A stretch of 63,886 bases of DNA from an uncultured Vicinamibacterales bacterium (GCA_964491885.1 CAZBIP010000001.1:10745-74630); one strand, 5' to 3'; counted from the first letter of the stretch, positions 1 to 11,713 are shown. Translations and numbers: made by a program. The notes: generated from the sequence alone by a model not told the origin.

Positions 1-183
1 CCCAGCTCTGTCGCCCGCGCCTTCACCGACTGTGCGGTCAACATGTGGGCGGAAGCCAGAATTCAGAAGCCAGAAGCCAGAATCCAGAATGCGGAACGAA
101 GCACGCAGCACGCGAACCACGTCGATCGCGGCGTTTGGCCTTCAACGGGTTCTGACTCCTTGCAGACGGACGACGAATTCTGA
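1..183 (+). CDS. 3' end of an unidentified CDS (partial, frame 1); true stop uncertain
   Basis: Frame 1 is open from the window edge to TGA at 181-183. The first ~50 nt show the strong G/C third-position bias of real genes here. It is absent from the ORF track because no start lies in the window. The last ~40 codons run through a heptamer array. Confidence 0.25.
   Translation, partial: PSSVARAFTDCAVNMWAEARIQKPEARIQNAERSTQHANHVDRGVWPSTGSDSLQTDDEF
52..114. repeat. 7-nt tandem array, family A (GAAGCCA GAATTCA GAAGCCA GAAGCCA GAATCCA GAATGCG ..., degenerating 3')
   Basis: Read directly from the sequence: nine consecutive 7-nt units, the last three or four degenerate. Confidence 0.85.
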
Positions 184-197
184 ATTCTGAATTCTGA
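175..197. repeat. 7-nt tandem array, family A in inverse orientation (GAATTCT x3 + GA)
   Basis: Read directly from the sequence. It abuts the acnA stop codon (198-200, TAG on the minus strand) with zero gap and is complementary to units in 52-114. Confidence 0.9.
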
Positions 198-2891
<2,694 letters not shown>

Positions 2892-2993
2892 AGGATGTCC
2901 CTCTCCAGGATGACGAGGGCCCTATTATGCCGCGATTCCGGGTGCCTCCGCAGCGAGGCGCGCGGGGTGGCTCGATCGCGGAGCCGGAGGCGG

Positions 2994-4154
2994 CTACCCA
3001 GCGCTCGCGGCCGGCGGGCGGCGGTGTCCGCAGAGGGCCAGGATGCGCTCGGCCGCCCGGCGGCTGGCGCCCGGCTTGCCGAGCCGTTGGTGCACCTCGC
3101 CGAGCGCTTGCCTCGTCGCGGAGGCGTGGCCGGGGTCCTCGAAGTAGCGCGCCGTCTCGTCCGCCACGGCCTCGGGGGTGAAGCCGTCCTGGATGAGTTC
3201 GGGCACGATGCGGCGTCCCGCGATGAGGTTGGCCATCCCGAATGTGTCCACGCGGACGAAACGCCGTCCAATCCGGTAGGTCAGCGGCGCGACGCGGTAG
3301 ACGATCACCATCGGGCGTTCGTGGATGGCCGTCTGCACCGTCGCCGTGCCCGAGGCCGTCACCACGGCATCGGACGCCTCCAGCACGTCGTCGGTGCGGC
3401 CCGAGACGAACGCGATCCGCGGCCCCTCCACCCGGCGCAGCGGGTCGAAGAGCGCGGGGTCGAGATTCGGCGCGCCGGCGACGGCGAACTGCACGCCCGG
3501 CACCCTCTCCGCGATCATCGGCACCGCGGCGGCCATCGTCGGCAGCGTCGCGCGGACTTCGTTCGGACGGCTGCCCGGGAGCAACGCCACGACGGGATCG
3601 CCGGCCGACAGCCCCAGTGCTTCCGCCGCCGCGCGGCGGCCGGCCGCGGGCGGCACGAGGTCGAGCAGCGGGTGGCCCACGAACTCCACCGGGACGCCCG
3701 CGTCCCTGAAGATCGGCTCCTCGAACGGGAAGATCACCAGCGCCTGGTCCACCAGCCGCCGCAGGACGCGGAGCCGCCCGTGCCGCCACGCCCACACCTG
3801 CGGGCAGACGTAGTAGACGACGGGCACGCCCGCCCGGCGCAGCGACGCGGCCAGCCGGAAGTTGAAATCGGGAAAGTCGATGACGACGAGCGCGTCCGGG
3901 CGTTCCCGGGCCGCCCGATCGACGAGCGCCCGCTTCATCGCCCACGCGCGCGGCAGGACCGAGAGCGCCTCGACGAGCCCCGTGACGGCGAGGCCGTGGT
4001 AGTCGCCGACGAGGTCCGCGCCGGCCGCGCGCAGGTGCTCGCCGCCGAGTCCCGTGATGCGGACGGAGGGATCGATCCGGCGCAGTTCACGGGCGAGCGC
4101 CCCGGCGTACGCGTCGCCGGACGGCTCACCGCAGGAGATCATGACGGTGGGCAT
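2994..4154 (-). CDS. lpxB: lipid-A-disaccharide synthase
   Basis: 386 aa. The N-terminus MISCGEPSGDAYAGALAREL is typical of LpxB (GT19). Confidence 0.9.
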   Translation of the reverse strand: MPTVMISCGEPSGDAYAGALARELRRIDPSVRITGLGGEHLRAAGADLVGDYHGLAVTGLVEALSVLPRAWAMKRALVDRAARERPDALVVIDFPDFNFRLAASLRRAGVPVVYYVCPQVWAWRHGRLRVLRRLVDQALVIFPFEEPIFRDAGVPVEFVGHPLLDLVPPAAGRRAAAEALGLSAGDPVVALLPGSRPNEVRATLPTMAAAVPMIAERVPGVQFAVAGAPNLDPALFDPLRRVEGPRIAFVSGRTDDVLEASDAVVTASGTATVQTAIHERPMVIVYRVAPLTYRIGRRFVRVDTFGMANLIAGRRIVPELIQDGFTPEAVADETARYFEDPGHASATRQALGEVHQRLGKPGASRRAAERILALCGHRRPPAASAG

Positions 4155-4164
4155 CGGCAGCTCG

Positions 4165-6381
4165 CTACCAGCTCTTCTCGAAGTGCGAGGCCGGGAACGT
4201 CACGTTCAGCTGGATCTCCACGAGCGTGCGCTCCATCACGAGAACCCCGTCGCGGCGCACCACGGCCACGTACGGCATCTCGACGCCGCGCACGGGGCGG
4301 AAGTCGTCGAAGCTCTCCACGATCGTGACGCGCCCGGCGGGGCCGGGGACGTCGCGGGACACCCAGGCAAGCCGGCCGCTCCCCTCGTCGACGGCCAACC
4401 GCACCCGCGACAGCCCGTTGCCCCACAGTTCGACCACGGCGAGCGGCCGCCCCCCCCGCCCTTCTTCGTCCGGAAGCCTGCGGCCGAGGACGCGGTCGTC
4501 GGCCACGGCGAGATACAGCGCGATCCAGTCGCGGCGGATGCTCTGCTCGAACTCGTCCTTCATCGACGCCGGCGCGTCGTGGGGTCCGGTCGGGTCCCTG
4601 ATCCAGGCGTGGCCGTTGTCGTAGGCCTGCACGACTTCGCCGCGGGGCAGCACCACGTCCACGCGCACGCGCAGCGGGTACTCGATCGACGTGCGCGTCT
4701 CGGCGCGCACGGGCCCGTCCGGTGTCGAGATGGACGTCTCGGCGACCGCGCGGACCGTCCGGATGGCTCGCAGCGCGTCGAGGCCCCCGGCCGCCGCGAT
4801 GGCGCGCATGACGACCGCCTTCGCGCGATCCCACTCCTCCAGAGGCACGCCCGGCAGCGGCACCGCCATCGGCGCGCCCGTTACCCCGGCCTCAGCGGGC
4901 GCCGGCTGGCGAACACGGCGGAGGCCGGCCGCGGTGACGTCGAGTTCCGCGAGCGGGATGACGTCGGGCTTCGAGATGCCCAGGCGAGACAACTGGGGCA
5001 CGAACGCCCGGGCGTTGCCCACCAGCACGATGGAAAGCTGATCCGGCTTCACGTGCGCCCGCGCGGCCTGAGCCACCGCCTGAGAGGTCACAGCGGACAC
5101 GCGCGCGCCGAAGTCGTTCAGCTCCCCGGTTGGGCGCCCGTAGAAGAGCGCCATCAGGATCCGCGTCGCGATCGCGTCGGGCGTCTCGATCTCGAGCGGA
5201 AAGCTCCCGGCCAGGTACCCCTTGGCGGCCTCGAGTTCACGGCCGCCGGCCGCGTCCCGCTGGAGGCGCCGGAACTCGTCCACGACGACGCGGAGCGCAT
5301 CCACCGTCGCCTCGGTCCAGGTGTCGGTCTCGGCGACCAGGCGGCCCGCCAACCGGTACGCCTCGAGTTCGGCGGACGCCCCGTAGGTCAGCCCCTTCTT
5401 CGCCCGCAGCACCTGCTCCAACCGGTTCGCGCCCTCGCCCCCCAGCACGCGTGCGGCGAGATCCAGGGCCCGGTAGTCGCCGCTCGCTCTCGGCACCGCG
5501 AGGTGCCCGGCGCGGATCTCGGTCTGCGGGGACTCGCCGGTGTCCACGACGACGACCCGGCGCGCCGGGGCCGGCGGGTCCGGCACCGCGCCGGCCGGCA
5601 CGTCCCGCCGCTCCCACGACCCGAAGGCCCGCTCGGCGGCTGCCAGCGCCTCGACGGGATCGACATCCCCGACGATGGCGAGCAGGCAGTTGTTCGGCAC
5701 GTAATGCCGCGCGTGGAACGCGAGCAGATCGTCGCGCGTGATCCCGTCGATCGAAACGGGGGTGCCGGTGACGGGAAGCCCGTAGGGATGAGCGCCGTAG
5801 ACGATCCGGTTGTGGACGAGCGTCGCGAGGAAGTTCGGATCCCCGTACGTGACGCGGAGGGCCGATCGCAGTTGCCGCCGCTGACGCTCGATCTCGTCGG
5901 GGGCGAGCGCCGGGGCGCGCACGATGTCCGCCAGGATGCCGAGTCCCTCGTCGAAGCTGTCCTCGAGCACCGACGCGTAGGCGAAGGTGAGGTCCGTGCC
6001 GGCCGTCACGGTCACCGCGCCGCCGGCCGCGTCCATGGCGTCCACGATCTGCCGGGCGCTCCGCGTGGCGGTCCCCTGTCCGAGGAGGAGCGCGACCAGG
6101 TTCGCGGTGCCGGACTTCGCGGGCGCGTCCTGCGCCGATCCGGCGCCGACGAGCAGACGGATGCTGACGGCCGGCTGCTCGCGGTGCGCGGCGGCGACGA
6201 TCCGCAGGCCGTTCGCCAGGGTCCGGGTCTCGAAGGCGGGAAACGTCACGGGCTTGGCCGCGAGGGGACGCACCTGGGCCACGGACGGCAGTCCACGCAC
6301 CTGGCCGGACGCCTCGCCGGCCGCGCCGGCCAGCGAGACGGCACACAGCGCGCCCAGCACCGCGCCGGCCGCGCGCGTCAC
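4165..6381 (-). CDS. M16 (pitrilysin) family peptidase, non-catalytic-type subunit with ~230-aa C-terminal extra domain
   Basis: 738 aa with a signal peptide and M16-like N- and C-domains but no HxxEH motif. It overlaps the upstream M16 gene by 4 nt. Confidence 0.8.
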   Translation of the reverse strand: MTRAAGAVLGALCAVSLAGAAGEASGQVRGLPSVAQVRPLAAKPVTFPAFETRTLANGLRIVAAAHREQPAVSIRLLVGAGSAQDAPAKSGTANLVALLLGQGTATRSARQIVDAMDAAGGAVTVTAGTDLTFAYASVLEDSFDEGLGILADIVRAPALAPDEIERQRRQLRSALRVTYGDPNFLATLVHNRIVYGAHPYGLPVTGTPVSIDGITRDDLLAFHARHYVPNNCLLAIVGDVDPVEALAAAERAFGSWERRDVPAGAVPDPPAPARRVVVVDTGESPQTEIRAGHLAVPRASGDYRALDLAARVLGGEGANRLEQVLRAKKGLTYGASAELEAYRLAGRLVAETDTWTEATVDALRVVVDEFRRLQRDAAGGRELEAAKGYLAGSFPLEIETPDAIATRILMALFYGRPTGELNDFGARVSAVTSQAVAQAARAHVKPDQLSIVLVGNARAFVPQLSRLGISKPDVIPLAELDVTAAGLRRVRQPAPAEAGVTGAPMAVPLPGVPLEEWDRAKAVVMRAIAAAGGLDALRAIRTVRAVAETSISTPDGPVRAETRTSIEYPLRVRVDVVLPRGEVVQAYDNGHAWIRDPTGPHDAPASMKDEFEQSIRRDWIALYLAVADDRVLGRRLPDEEGRGGRPLAVVELWGNGLSRVRLAVDEGSGRLAWVSRDVPGPAGRVTIVESFDDFRPVRGVEMPYVAVVRRDGVLVMERTLVEIQLNVTFPASHFEKSW

Positions 6382-7775
6382 CTCGGCTCTCCCGCGGCCG
6401 CCTTCGGCACGACCGTCAGGATGATGCGGGTGTTCGGCGCGAAGCAGGCCTGGGCCACGCGCTGGACGTCCGCCGCTGTGACGGCCTGCAGACGGGCGAA
6501 ATCCGCGTCGGCCGACCCGGTGTCGCCGCGCAGCAGCGACGCGTGCGCCAGCGCGGCGGCCTTCTGCTGGATCGTCTCGCGGCCGAAGACGTAGTCCCGG
6601 GTGATCTGACGCTTCGCTCTCGCGAGATCGGCCTCGCTCACCGGGAACTGGCGGAGCCGATCGAGTTCGAAGCCCAGCGCCTCGCTCGCGTCGGACGCCG
6701 AGAAGCCGGGCTGCACGATCGCGAACGCGTAGAACAGGTTCGGGTGCTCCGTCAGGCTGGCCACGGCCCCGGCGGCCATCGCGCGGCCGGTGTCGTACAC
6801 GAGGCCGCGGTAGAGCCGTGAACTCCCCCCGTCCGACAGGATCTTCGCGGCGACCTGCAGCGCGTAGGCGTCCGGATGCCCGTCGCGCGGACCGTGGTGC
6901 GCGACGACGACGACCGGCAGCGGCCAGGCTTCCTCCACGGTCGAGCGCCGCACGCCTCTCGCGGGGGGCTCCGCGGGGATGTCGCGCGTCAGCGGGCGTT
7001 CCGGTTTCGGAATCCGCCCGAAGTGCGCCGCGGCCAGATCGAACGCCTGGCGGGCGTCGACGTCACCCGCGATCGCGAGCGTGGCGTTCGAGGGCACGAA
7101 GTACGTCCGGTAGAAGTCCCGCACGTCGCCGAGCGACACCGCGTCGAGATCGCCAAGGGCGCCGGCCCCCCGATAGGGATGCACCCTGAAGGCGCGGCCG
7201 TAGAGGATCTCGGTGATGCGCCCGTACGGCTGGCTCTCGACGCGCATGAGGCGCTCTTCAAGGAGCACGCGGCGCTCACGGGCGAGCGCGTCCCCGTTGA
7301 TGCGGAGCATCGCCATGCGATCGGCCTCGAGCCAGAGCGCCATGGGCAGGTGCTGCCCCGGGAGCGTTTCCCAGAACACGGTCGCGTCCTCGGTCGTGTA
7401 CGCGTTCGACTGGCCGCCGGCCGCGGCAATCACGGCCGCGTGCTGCCCGGGCTCCACGTTCTTCGACCCGGCGAACATGAGGTGCTCGAAGAGGTGCGCG
7501 AGGCCGGCGAGGCCCTCCCGCTCGTCCTTCCAGCCGACGTGGTACCACACCTGCACGTTCACGATCGGCGTGGAGTGATCCTCGTGCACGACGACGCGCA
7601 GGCCGTTCGGCAGCGTCGTCTCGGTGAAGGCGAGCGGCGGGACGGCGACGGCGGAAGGCGCCTGCGGCGCCCCTCCCACGCTCGAAACGGCGGCGACGAC
7701 GAGCGCGCCCGCAAGCCAGGAGCGGCCCGCCCCCCGGCCGTGCTGGCGGGCTGGACGCGCCATCGTGGGTCCCAT
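6378..7775 (-). CDS. M16 family zinc peptidase (catalytic-type subunit)
   Basis: 465 aa with a signal peptide and the HxxEH zinc motif (HLFEHLMFAGS). Confidence 0.9.
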   Translation of the reverse strand: MGPTMARPARQHGRGAGRSWLAGALVVAAVSSVGGAPQAPSAVAVPPLAFTETTLPNGLRVVVHEDHSTPIVNVQVWYHVGWKDEREGLAGLAHLFEHLMFAGSKNVEPGQHAAVIAAAGGQSNAYTTEDATVFWETLPGQHLPMALWLEADRMAMLRINGDALARERRVLLEERLMRVESQPYGRITEILYGRAFRVHPYRGAGALGDLDAVSLGDVRDFYRTYFVPSNATLAIAGDVDARQAFDLAAAHFGRIPKPERPLTRDIPAEPPARGVRRSTVEEAWPLPVVVVAHHGPRDGHPDAYALQVAAKILSDGGSSRLYRGLVYDTGRAMAAGAVASLTEHPNLFYAFAIVQPGFSASDASEALGFELDRLRQFPVSEADLARAKRQITRDYVFGRETIQQKAAALAHASLLRGDTGSADADFARLQAVTAADVQRVAQACFAPNTRIILTVVPKAAAGEPR

Positions 7776-7802
7776 CGCGTCGATTATGGCACGACCGGCG
7801 CG

Positions 7803-8495
7803 TCAGCGGCCCGCGAGCGACATCCGGCTCACGAAGGTGTCCAGGTGGCGGAGGCCCAGCCGCGCGGCGACGTCGCGGGCCAGCGCGGCCCGTTCCTCGC
7901 CCGACAGCGCGCCGAGACGGCGCAGCTCAGCGAGCGGCGCGTTCGGCACGAACCGCCACCGCACGTGATGCAGCCCCTGCCGCGCGCCGAGCCACGAGAG
8001 CAGATGTCCGATCGCCCGGAAGGAGAAATACAGGGACAGCACGTTCGGGCCGGGAATGGGCGTGAGCGGCACCGTCGCGAGGTACAGCAGCGCGTCCACG
8101 AACATCCACACGAAGTGGTAGCGCGCGTCGTGGTGGAGGATGCCGCGCACGGCGCGTTCCGCGTCCGCCGGCGCCGCGTCGTCCGGGAAGTGGACCGTCG
8201 CGTCCGTCCGGCTCCGGAGAATCCAGAGGAGCCGCTGTTCCGCAACGCGCTCCGCCACGAAGCCCATCAGGCGGTCCTTGACCCGCTGGGCGCGCGTCCG
8301 CTCGGGCGCCGCGGACGCCCGCGCCAGCCGCTTGCGCCGCTCGGCTTCGAGCGCCGCCAGCCCTTCGTGGAACCGGCGGCTCAGCCAGCGCCTCCACCCG
8401 GGTCGCTCTTCCGACGCGGCGGGCGGTTCCCTGTCGTCGAACTCGCAGTACAGTTCGTGTCGATCCCGGCGGATTGGAAGAAGGTAGGTCTCCAT
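7803..8495 (-). CDS. hypothetical membrane protein
   Basis: The track ORF 7803-8951 has an Arg-rich artefactual N-terminus. The plausible start is ATG at 8495 (METYLLPIRRDRHELY...). A hydrophobic segment (FVWMFVDALLYLATVPLTPIPGPNVLSLYFSF) is present. Gaps are 17 nt to the upstream gene and 27 nt to the downstream gene. Confidence 0.6.
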   Translation of the reverse strand: METYLLPIRRDRHELYCEFDDREPPAASEERPGWRRWLSRRFHEGLAALEAERRKRLARASAAPERTRAQRVKDRLMGFVAERVAEQRLLWILRSRTDATVHFPDDAAPADAERAVRGILHHDARYHFVWMFVDALLYLATVPLTPIPGPNVLSLYFSFRAIGHLLSWLGARQGLHHVRWRFVPNAPLAELRRLGALSGEERAALARDVAARLGLRHLDTFVSRMSLAGR

Positions 8496-8512
8496 CGCGA
8501 CGCCGCCGGACG

Positions 8513-9073
8513 CTACCGCCGGCCGGAGGCCGCGTCGTCGAAGACCTCCGCCTCGAAGAGCGAGACCCGCGCGCCGCGCTTCCAGGCGTCGGGCGGGAGC
8601 CCGGCTTTCCCGCAGGTGCGCGCGAGGAACGTGTCGCGGTCCCAGCGGTGCTCGACCGCGACCTGCGGGAGGAGCAGCCCCCGGCGCCAGCCTTCCTCGA
8701 CGACCAGTCCGTGGCGCCCGACGACGATGCCGGCCGTGTCGGTCACCGGAGAGATCGGCCCCAGCACGGAGATCTCGATGACGCATCCGTCGAGTTCCTC
8801 GGGCCGCACCGGATCGAAGCGCGGATCGTCGGTGGCCGCGGCCACCGCGCAGCGCGGAACGACCTCGCCGAGCGGCTGGCCGGCCTCGAGGTACCCGATG
8901 CAGCCGCGGAGGCCGCCGCCCGAGTGGAACGAAACGAACGCGCCGGCGCACTGGCCGAGCACGCCGTCCGTCCCCGCCTCGGCGGCAGGGCGTCCGGCGA
9001 GGGCGTCCGCCACGGCGCGCCGCGCCAACGCGAGGAGCGTCTGCCGATCCTCAGCCGAGAGCCGCAACGGCAT
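8513..9073 (-). CDS. AMMECR1-domain protein (AmmeMemoRadiSam system protein A type)
   Basis: This is the C-terminal 186 aa of track ORF 8513-10099, starting at ATG 9073 (MPLRLSAEDRQTLL...). It carries the AMMECR1 signature GAFVSFH...LRGCIG. Confidence 0.85.
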   Translation of the reverse strand: MPLRLSAEDRQTLLALARRAVADALAGRPAAEAGTDGVLGQCAGAFVSFHSGGGLRGCIGYLEAGQPLGEVVPRCAVAAATDDPRFDPVRPEELDGCVIEISVLGPISPVTDTAGIVVGRHGLVVEEGWRRGLLLPQVAVEHRWDRDTFLARTCGKAGLPPDAWKRGARVSLFEAEVFDDAASGRR

Positions 9074-9090
9074 GCCCTCCCCCTTCCTGC

Positions 9091-9951
9091 TCACGACGCC
9101 ACGACGAAGGTGCCGAAGACGGCCGCCATGTATCCGACGACCGCGCTCGTGTCGCCGGACACGGCGCCGGAGTCCGCGTAGCACAGCACCCGGGCGTCGC
9201 CGGCCCCGAGCGCGCGCGCGGCGCGCATGACGGAGACGATGGGCCCCCCGCCGCACGCGTGATCGGGGTACCGCGCAAGGGCCCGCTCGACCGCCTCCGG
9301 GTCGAAGCGCTCGACGGCGTGCACGATCACCTGGTCCAGCTGGGCGGCCCGCGCCGAGTCCTGGTAGTGCGAGAGGTCGCTGCTCGCCACGAGCAGCGGC
9401 CGCCGCTCCGCCAGCGCGGCGGCGAGCCCGTCGGCGAGCGCGGCCACGGTGGCGCGCGACTGGTGCCCCATCACGAGCGGCACGATCGGCACGCCGGGCA
9501 AGGCGCGCTGGATGAACGGCAGCTGCATCTCGAGGGAGTGCTCGCGCCGGTGCGCCGCCGGCAGGTCGTGGACGACGGGCGTGGCCGCCATGATCGCGTC
9601 GGCGTCGGCCTCCGAGATCGGCAGGTCGCCGAGCGGCGTCTCGAAGACGCCGCGGGGCGCGATCGACACGCCCTCGAAGCCGACATGGTGCGACGGCCCC
9701 ACGAGGACGACCACGTCGTAGGCGCGGCCCGGCAGCTGGCGGTAGGCGTGCGCCGCCACCGGCCCCGAATAGACCAGCCCGGCGTGCGGCGCCACGAGCC
9801 CGACGATGTCGCCCGCGACGGTCTCGGAGACGCGCGACGCGTACCGATCGAGTTCTGCCGCGAGGCGCGCCGGCTGCCCCGGGTACCAGGAACCGGCCAC
9901 CGCCGCGGCCCTGCGGATTGGTTGCGGCGTCATGATCGTGAATGTTAGCAT
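9091..9951 (-). CDS. MEMO1-family protein (AmmeMemoRadiSam system protein B type)
   Basis: 286 aa with AGSWYPG, APHAG and LVGPSHH motifs typical of Memo-like proteins. The start may instead be ATG 9933. Confidence 0.85.
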   Translation of the reverse strand: MLTFTIMTPQPIRRAAAVAGSWYPGQPARLAAELDRYASRVSETVAGDIVGLVAPHAGLVYSGPVAAHAYRQLPGRAYDVVVLVGPSHHVGFEGVSIAPRGVFETPLGDLPISEADADAIMAATPVVHDLPAAHRREHSLEMQLPFIQRALPGVPIVPLVMGHQSRATVAALADGLAAALAERRPLLVASSDLSHYQDSARAAQLDQVIVHAVERFDPEAVERALARYPDHACGGGPIVSVMRAARALGAGDARVLCYADSGAVSGDTSAVVGYMAAVFGTFVVAS

Positions 9952-9956
9952 CGGCC

Positions 9957-10256
9957 ATGGCCGGTGAACGCGACGACTTCGACCTCGGCCGCGTCGCGGC
10001 CCTGGCCCGCCTCAGGCTCACGGCCGACGACCTCTCGCGCTTCGAAACCCAGCTCGCCGGCATCCTCGGATACGTCAGGCAGCTCCGCGACGTCGACACC
10101 GAGGACGTCCCGCCTCACGCGCAGGACCTCCGTCCCTCGAACGGCGGCCGCCTGGACGAGGTCAACCCGTCGCTCGGGCCAGGCGACGCGCTGGCGAACG
10201 CGCCGGATGCCCTCGCGGACCCGCCGCTGGTGCGCGTGCCGAAGGTGAAGGGCTGA
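9957..10256 (+). CDS. gatC: Asp-tRNA(Asn)/Glu-tRNA(Gln) amidotransferase subunit C
   Basis: The sequence MAGERDDFDLGRVAALARLRLTADDLSRFETQL... is GatC-like. Its stop overlaps the gatA start (ATGA). Confidence 0.85.
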   Translation: MAGERDDFDLGRVAALARLRLTADDLSRFETQLAGILGYVRQLRDVDTEDVPPHAQDLRPSNGGRLDEVNPSLGPGDALANAPDALADPPLVRVPKVKG

Positions 10257-11713
10257 TGGGCGGCGGCCCGGCGACGGCCTCCGCCATCCGCGCAGCCTTC
10301 GTGGACGGCGAGGTCAGCGCGACCGCGATCTGCCGGCGCGCGATCGAGCGGATCGCGGCCGTCAACGGCGGCCTCGGGGCCGTGCTGCAGGTCGACGAGG
10401 CGCGCGCGCTCGAGCGCGCGGCGGCGCTCGACCGGCTGCCTCGCAGAATCGACGCCGGCCTCCTGGCTGCGGTGCCGGTCCTCGTCAAAGACAACCTGTG
10501 CGTCGGCGGGATGCGCGCGACCGCCGGGTCCCGCGTGCTGGAAGGCTTCGTGCCGCCCTACACCGCGACGGCCGCGTCGCGCCTCGAGGACGCCGGCGCC
10601 ATCATCGTCGGAAAGACCAACTGCGACGAGTTCGCGATGGGCTCGTCGAACGAGCACTCGGCGTTCGGCCCGGCGCGCAACCCCTGGGATCGGTCCCGGA
10701 CCCCCGGCGGATCGAGCGGCGGGTCGGCCGCGGCGGTGGCGGCGCGGATGGCGCCCGTCGCCCTCGGTTCCGACACGGGCGGGTCCGTGCGACAGCCCGC
10801 GGGCTTCTGCGGGTGCGTGGGCATCCGGCCCACCTACGGCCGCGTGTCCCGCTACGGATTGATCGCGTTCGCGTCGTCGCTGGATCAGATCGGCCCGCTG
10901 GCCCTGACCGTCGGCGACGCGGCGGCCGCGCTGCAGGTGATGGCCGGCGCGGATCCCCGCGATGCGACGTCGTCGGGCGAGCCCGTGCCCGACTGGCAGG
11001 CCGCGATGACCGGCGATCTGCGCGGGTGCCGCGTGGGCGTGCCAGCCGGCCTGCTGGACGGCGTCGATGCCGGCGTGCGCCAGGCGTTCGATGCGGCGTT
11101 GCCGGTCCTGCGGTCCCGCGGCGCGTCGGTCTTCGACATCACGCTGGCGCATGCCCGGCTCGCGATCCCGGTCTATTACCTTGTGGCGACGGCCGAAGCG
11201 AGCTCGAACCTCTCCAGGTTCGACGGCGTGCGGTACGGGCGGCGCGCGGCGGGCGCCGCGGATCTGCGCGAGATGTACGAACGCACGAGGAGCGAGGGTT
11301 TCGGGCCCGAGGTCAAGCGGCGGATCCTGCTCGGCACGTTCGTGCTCAGCGCCGGCTACTACGACGCGTACTACCTCAAGGCCCAGCGGGTGAGAACGCT
11401 CATCGCCAGAGACTATGCGTCCGCGTTCGCCGGCGTGGACGTCATCGCGCTGCCCACGAGCCCGACGGCCGCCTTCCCGCTCGGCGAGCGGCTGGACGAC
11501 CCGCTGGCGATGTACCTGGCCGACGTGTTCACCGTCGGAGCCTCCCTGGCGGGCCTGCCGGCGATCTCGGTGCCGTGCGGATTCACGCCGGACCGCCTCC
11601 CTGTCGGGCTTCAGCTGATGGGCCGCCCGTTCGACGAGGCGTCGATCCTCCGGGTGGCCGACGCCTACGAGCGGGACACGGCGTGGTGGCGCGCGGCGCC
11701 GTCAGGCGCCTGA
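10256..11713 (+). CDS. gatA: Glu-tRNA(Gln) amidotransferase subunit A
   Basis: 485 aa with the amidase signature GGSSGGSAAAVAA. Confidence 0.95.
   Translation: MGGGPATASAIRAAFVDGEVSATAICRRAIERIAAVNGGLGAVLQVDEARALERAAALDRLPRRIDAGLLAAVPVLVKDNLCVGGMRATAGSRVLEGFVPPYTATAASRLEDAGAIIVGKTNCDEFAMGSSNEHSAFGPARNPWDRSRTPGGSSGGSAAAVAARMAPVALGSDTGGSVRQPAGFCGCVGIRPTYGRVSRYGLIAFASSLDQIGPLALTVGDAAAALQVMAGADPRDATSSGEPVPDWQAAMTGDLRGCRVGVPAGLLDGVDAGVRQAFDAALPVLRSRGASVFDITLAHARLAIPVYYLVATAEASSNLSRFDGVRYGRRAAGAADLREMYERTRSEGFGPEVKRRILLGTFVLSAGYYDAYYLKAQRVRTLIARDYASAFAGVDVIALPTSPTAAFPLGERLDDPLAMYLADVFTVGASLAGLPAISVPCGFTPDRLPVGLQLMGRPFDEASILRVADAYERDTAWWRAAPSGA

Noticed and set aside
52-197. Clusters of GAATTC (EcoRI) sites in family-A arrays as a sign of a restriction-modification system or cloning-vector contamination.
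   Set aside because: The sites are intrinsic to the 7-nt repeat unit, occur at four loci within native gene junctions, and no R-M genes or vector-like sequence are present.
8513-10099. A single 528-aa ORF spanning the AMMECR1 and MEMO region. Similar fused or over-extended ORFs are 21743-23596, 30162-32246, 40882-41634, 41145-42137, 42168-44087, 43706-45838, 44821-47121 and 61313-63376.
   Set aside because: Only the C-terminal parts have family-like sequence. The N-terminal parts are Arg-rich read-through overlapping the true upstream gene in another frame. Internal ATG/GTG starts with stop-start overlaps or Shine-Dalgarno sequences give proteins of the expected length.
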